Below are positions 61,065 through 64,000 of a stretch of 64,000 nucleotides of DNA, in pieces; position 1 is the stretch's first letter, and each line of letters opens with the position of its first letter. This stretch comes from an uncultured Bdellovibrionales bacterium (lineage in GTDB: Bacteria; Patescibacteriota; Minisyncoccia; Moranbacterales; UBA1568), in assembly GCA_964436855.1 (NCBI GenBank), contig CAYTED010000004.1, positions 3,627 through 67,626 on the forward strand, written 5' to 3'. Under the pieces are notes generated by a model. The model did not search any database, was not told where the DNA came from, and worked only from the letters and a program-made list of their open reading frames with translations. Both the position numbers and the translations under genes were made by a program.

Positions 61065-61694
61065 TTATTTTGAATAGTATTCGACAACGAGTTGCGGGTC
61101 TACATTGACTCCGATATCTGAACGACTCGGCAACCCGACTACTTTCGCTTCAAGTTTTTCCAAATCGAGTGAAAGCCATTCGGGAACATCCTTTTTATTC
61201 TTCAAAATATCCGCCTGCACTTTCAAGTAATTTTTTTCCTGCTTTGCTCCTTTGAGCGAAATCACATCACCCACCTTGACGGCCATGGAGGGGATATTCA
61301 TTCGGCGGCCATTCAATATAAACCACTTGTGTCCAACCAGTTGTCTTGCCTGACTGCGGGAATTCGCAAAACCAAGTCGATAAACGACATTGTCGAGTCT
61401 TCGTTCAAGCCGCGCAAGCAACAAATCTCCAGTGATACCTTCGCCTTTCAGCGCCTCGCCGTAATGCTTGCGGAATTGCCGTTCCAAAACGCCGTAAATC
61501 CGCTTGATCTTTTGCTTCATCGCGAGCTGTCGTCCGAATTCGGAAACGTTTCGGGCACCGGCCTGTCCGTGCTGTCCGGGCGCATACGCACGGCGAACCA
61601 TTGCGCATTTCGGCCCAATACAACGATCGCCTTTCAAAAAAAGCTTCTCTCCGGCGCGACGGCACAGTACACACTTATCGGTAATTTTTGCCAT
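61065..61694 (-). CDS. rpsD: 30S ribosomal protein S4 (zinc-finger form)
   Basis: CVLCRR...C..C N-terminus and S4 domain. Confidence 0.9.
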   Translation of the reverse strand: MAKITDKCVLCRRAGEKLFLKGDRCIGPKCAMVRRAYAPGQHGQAGARNVSEFGRQLAMKQKIKRIYGVLERQFRKHYGEALKGEGITGDLLLARLERRLDNVVYRLGFANSRSQARQLVGHKWFILNGRRMNIPSMAVKVGDVISLKGAKQEKNYLKVQADILKNKKDVPEWLSLDLEKLEAKVVGLPSRSDIGVNVDPQLVVEYYSK

Positions 61695-61711
61695 AGAAAA
61701 ATAATTTGCAA

Positions 61712-62188
61712 TCAAATTCTTCGGGGACGACGCGGGCGACATCCGTTGTGCGGAATCGGCGTCATATCCTTAATACTCAAAATGGTAAAACCGTTATTCG
61801 CAAGTCCTCGGATCGCCGCTTCACGACCGCTTCCAACACCCTTCACAAATACATCCACTTCCTGAAGTCCGTATTTTTTAACTTTCTCGGAAACATCCGC
61901 TACCACTTGCGTCGCTGCATACGGAGTCGATTTTTTCGCCCCCTTGAAACCAAGATGTCCGGAGCTCGACCACGCAAGCGATGCGCCATTCGCATCAGAA
62001 AGCGTGATGATCGTATTGTTGTAGGTGCACTGAATCGTCGCGCGCCCCTTCAAGACCTGCTTCTTTGATTTCTTGCGTTTCTTCGCAGTCGTCCCTTCGG
62101 AGGTGGAAGCCTCTTCTTGAACTACTCCGGTCGAAATATCTTCGGGAGCCTGTGGCGCTTCTTCGGTTTTCTTCACTTCATCGGTCAT
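61712..62188 (-). CDS. rpsK: 30S ribosomal protein S11 with N-terminal extension
   Basis: Sequence and position. Confidence 0.9.
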   Translation of the reverse strand: MTDEVKKTEEAPQAPEDISTGVVQEEASTSEGTTAKKRKKSKKQVLKGRATIQCTYNNTIITLSDANGASLAWSSSGHLGFKGAKKSTPYAATQVVADVSEKVKKYGLQEVDVFVKGVGSGREAAIRGLANNGFTILSIKDMTPIPHNGCRPRRPRRI

Positions 62189-62232
62189 ACGAATAAATAG
62201 GATCTCGGATAAGTGTCAATGGTCAATGAATA

Positions 62233-62622
62233 TTATGTCTTGCTATCGGCTTTCTTTCGACCGCTACCCATAGTCTTTCGAACATTGCCGCGTACGGTTC
62301 GGGTATTTGTTTTTGTTCGTTGCCCTCGAACCGGGAGTCCTCGCTGATGACGCGACCCTCGATACGATCCGATTTCCTTCAGACGGCGAATATTCATCTT
62401 CACTTCATGCCGCAGTTCACCCTCCACCCGATAGTTTTTTTCAATTTCTTCACGAAGACGGTTGGCATCTTTTTCCGCAAGATCTTTCGTGCGAGTATTC
62501 GGATCAATCCCGAGCTTCACAAGAATTTTTTGACTCAAAGGAAGACCGATTCCGTAAAGGTACGGGAGCGCCGCTTCGATTCTTTTATTGTCAGGGAGGT
62601 TTACACCGGCGATTCTCAACAT
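62233..62622 (-). CDS. rpsM: 30S ribosomal protein S13
   Basis: Sequence and position. Confidence 0.9.
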   Translation of the reverse strand: MLRIAGVNLPDNKRIEAALPYLYGIGLPLSQKILVKLGIDPNTRTKDLAEKDANRLREEIEKNYRVEGELRHEVKMNIRRLKEIGSYRGSRHQRGLPVRGQRTKTNTRTVRGNVRKTMGSGRKKADSKT

Positions 62623-62729
62623 AGTCTTGATGGCTTTATGAGTTTCTTTGGATACTTCACGATCTTTTTCGTATTTCTCGAATTCCTTGGAAAGAATTCT
62701 TGAAATGGCGTGGCCTCGGAAGTCTGATA

Positions 62730-62843
62730 TTACCCTTGTCGTTGCTTATGTTTCGGGTTCGCGCAAATTACGTACAGCTTCCGCTGCCGTCGAACAATTT
62801 TGCAATGAGCACAAATTTTCTTGATAGATGCACGAACTTTCAT
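62730..62843 (-). CDS. rpmJ: 50S ribosomal protein L36 (37 aa). It is absent from the supplied ORF track
   Basis: [37 protein letters not shown]. Confidence 0.85.
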   Translation of the reverse strand: MKVRASIKKICAHCKIVRRQRKLYVICANPKHKQRQG

Positions 62844-62852
62844 AAAAATTCT

Positions 62853-63074
62853 CTACCTTAACCGCTGAACGATTCTTCCTTTTGTAAGATCGTACGGACT
62901 CATTTCAATAATCACCCGATCCCCGGGAAGCAAACGGATATAGTGCACGCGCATTTTTCCGGAGATATGACCGAGTACTTCGTGGCCACTGTCAAGTTTG
63001 ACACGAAATGTTGCACCCGGGTGGCTCTCAATCACTTCTCCTTCCATGCGAATAACATCCTTTTTTTCTCCCAT
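62853..63074 (-). CDS. infA: Translation initiation factor IF-1
   Basis: S1-like OB fold. Confidence 0.9.
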   Translation of the reverse strand: MGEKKDVIRMEGEVIESHPGATFRVKLDSGHEVLGHISGKMRVHYIRLLPGDRVIIEMSPYDLTKGRIVQRLR

Positions 63075-63265
63075 AGCGTCGTTTGACGTCCTTTTTGTAA
63101 ATTTTTTCGAACCAACGCAAAAACAGAGAAGCGTGTCTTTCTTCGGGAAACCCAATCCTCATTCATGAAACTCTGCCGTATGCACTCCCTGGAAAACGCT
63201 CTGTATTCACTTTTTTTCGAACGTACCTGCCATTGTAGGGAATGATGAGAATTTTGTCAATATTT

Positions 63266-63982
63266 CTATTTCCCCAGTCGGCGTTCACGACGGGAATATT
63301 CTTCAATCGCCGCATAAAATCGCTCGCCGGTAAAATCCGGGTAGAACTCTTCGGGGAAGAGAAGTTGGGAATTTGCCGTTTCCCACATCATAAATCCGGC
63401 CGACAAATGCGGGTCGCCGCCGGTTCGAATCAGATAATCAACTGGGGACAGCTCGCTTGTAAAAAGGTGTTGCTTGAGAAATTTTTCGTCTATTTCTTTT
63501 TCTGATGCACCACTCGTAACAATGGATCGAATCGCCTGAAGCATCTCATCATCTCCGCTATAAGCCAAAAAGAAATTCAAAAAATATGAATTGTACTCTT
63601 TCGTGTCCTCAATACACCGATAGAGAATTTTTCTGAGTGGCCCCGGAAACTGCTCTTCCCATCGGCCGATGATTCGGATCTGCGTCCGATCCGAATGAAT
63701 ATCTTCGCTCCCAATAAGTTTTTCAAAATACGTTTCATAAATACGAAGAAGTGCGCGACTCTCCTCAAGCGGACGCTTCGTGAGATTCTCAAGCGACGAT
63801 CCCCAAATCGAAAATTCTCGAATCCCGAGTTTCCGTGCCATTCGAACGATATCTTCCGTATTTTTCGCGCCCGCTTCATGCCCTTCCCATGGCGCAAGTC
63901 CTCGCGCTTTCGCCCAACGACGATTTCCATCGGGAATAATAGCGACATGATTCGGAACAATGTCTATTTTCTCAAATTCCAT
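63266..63982 (-). CDS. uppS: Undecaprenyl-diphosphate synthase
   Basis: HVAIIPDGNRRWA and cis-prenyltransferase motifs. Confidence 0.9.
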   Translation of the reverse strand: MEFEKIDIVPNHVAIIPDGNRRWAKARGLAPWEGHEAGAKNTEDIVRMARKLGIREFSIWGSSLENLTKRPLEESRALLRIYETYFEKLIGSEDIHSDRTQIRIIGRWEEQFPGPLRKILYRCIEDTKEYNSYFLNFFLAYSGDDEMLQAIRSIVTSGASEKEIDEKFLKQHLFTSELSPVDYLIRTGGDPHLSAGFMMWETANSQLLFPEEFYPDFTGERFYAAIEEYSRRERRLGK

Positions 63983-64000
63983 ATACCTTCCCTTATTATA

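Overview
64-kb fragment of a small, streamlined Candidate-Phyla-Radiation (Patescibacteria)-like bacterial genome, about 47% GC with mostly very short intergenic spacers. The core is a contiguous minus-strand ribosomal supercluster: rpsL-rpsG-fusA, tuf, then rpsJ through rplO (S10 and spc operons), secY-adk-map. Ribosomal protein L30 is absent between S5 and L15, which is a CPR hallmark. The alpha-operon genes (infA-rpmJ-rpsM-rpsK-rpsD-rpoA-rplQ) plus rplM-rpsI sit as a separate block about 33 kb away. Other housekeeping genes include recG, valS, tsaD, nrdR, ftsA/ftsZ, ndk, a split comEC, mscL, rpmB, ybeY, dgkA, uppS, hsp20, and a standalone 16S rRNA gene. There are six tRNA genes (Glu, His, Arg-TCT, Lys, Arg-TCG, Pro) plus one degenerate tRNA-like sequence. 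Accessory content includes a divergent GT2 cellulose-synthase-like gene paired with a GH1 beta-glucosidase, a VanW protein, and a 1.1-kaa surface protein. A membrane-anchored PEGA/propeller-like protein is translationally coupled to a degenerate HD-GYP phosphohydrolase. Most striking are several dispersed repeat families. A roughly 55-60 bp two-hairpin palindromic repeat has five copies. Two inverted copies tightly flank a DUF559 endonuclease gene, giving a MITE-like cassette. One copy lies in-frame inside the essential tsaD gene. AT-rich AAAATTCGAAAAT-type repeats occur in operon spacers, in tsaD, and as an intervening sequence inside the 16S rRNA gene. A TGTCAYCCCCGC...GCGGGGATCCAG hairpin-pair family and an 80-nt direct repeat pair bracket a GC-rich island with a Shine-Dalgarno-bearing micro-ORF next to tRNA-Pro. 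No CRISPR array, integrase, transposase or recognisable defence system was seen. All calls are from reading the sequence by eye, with no searches run.
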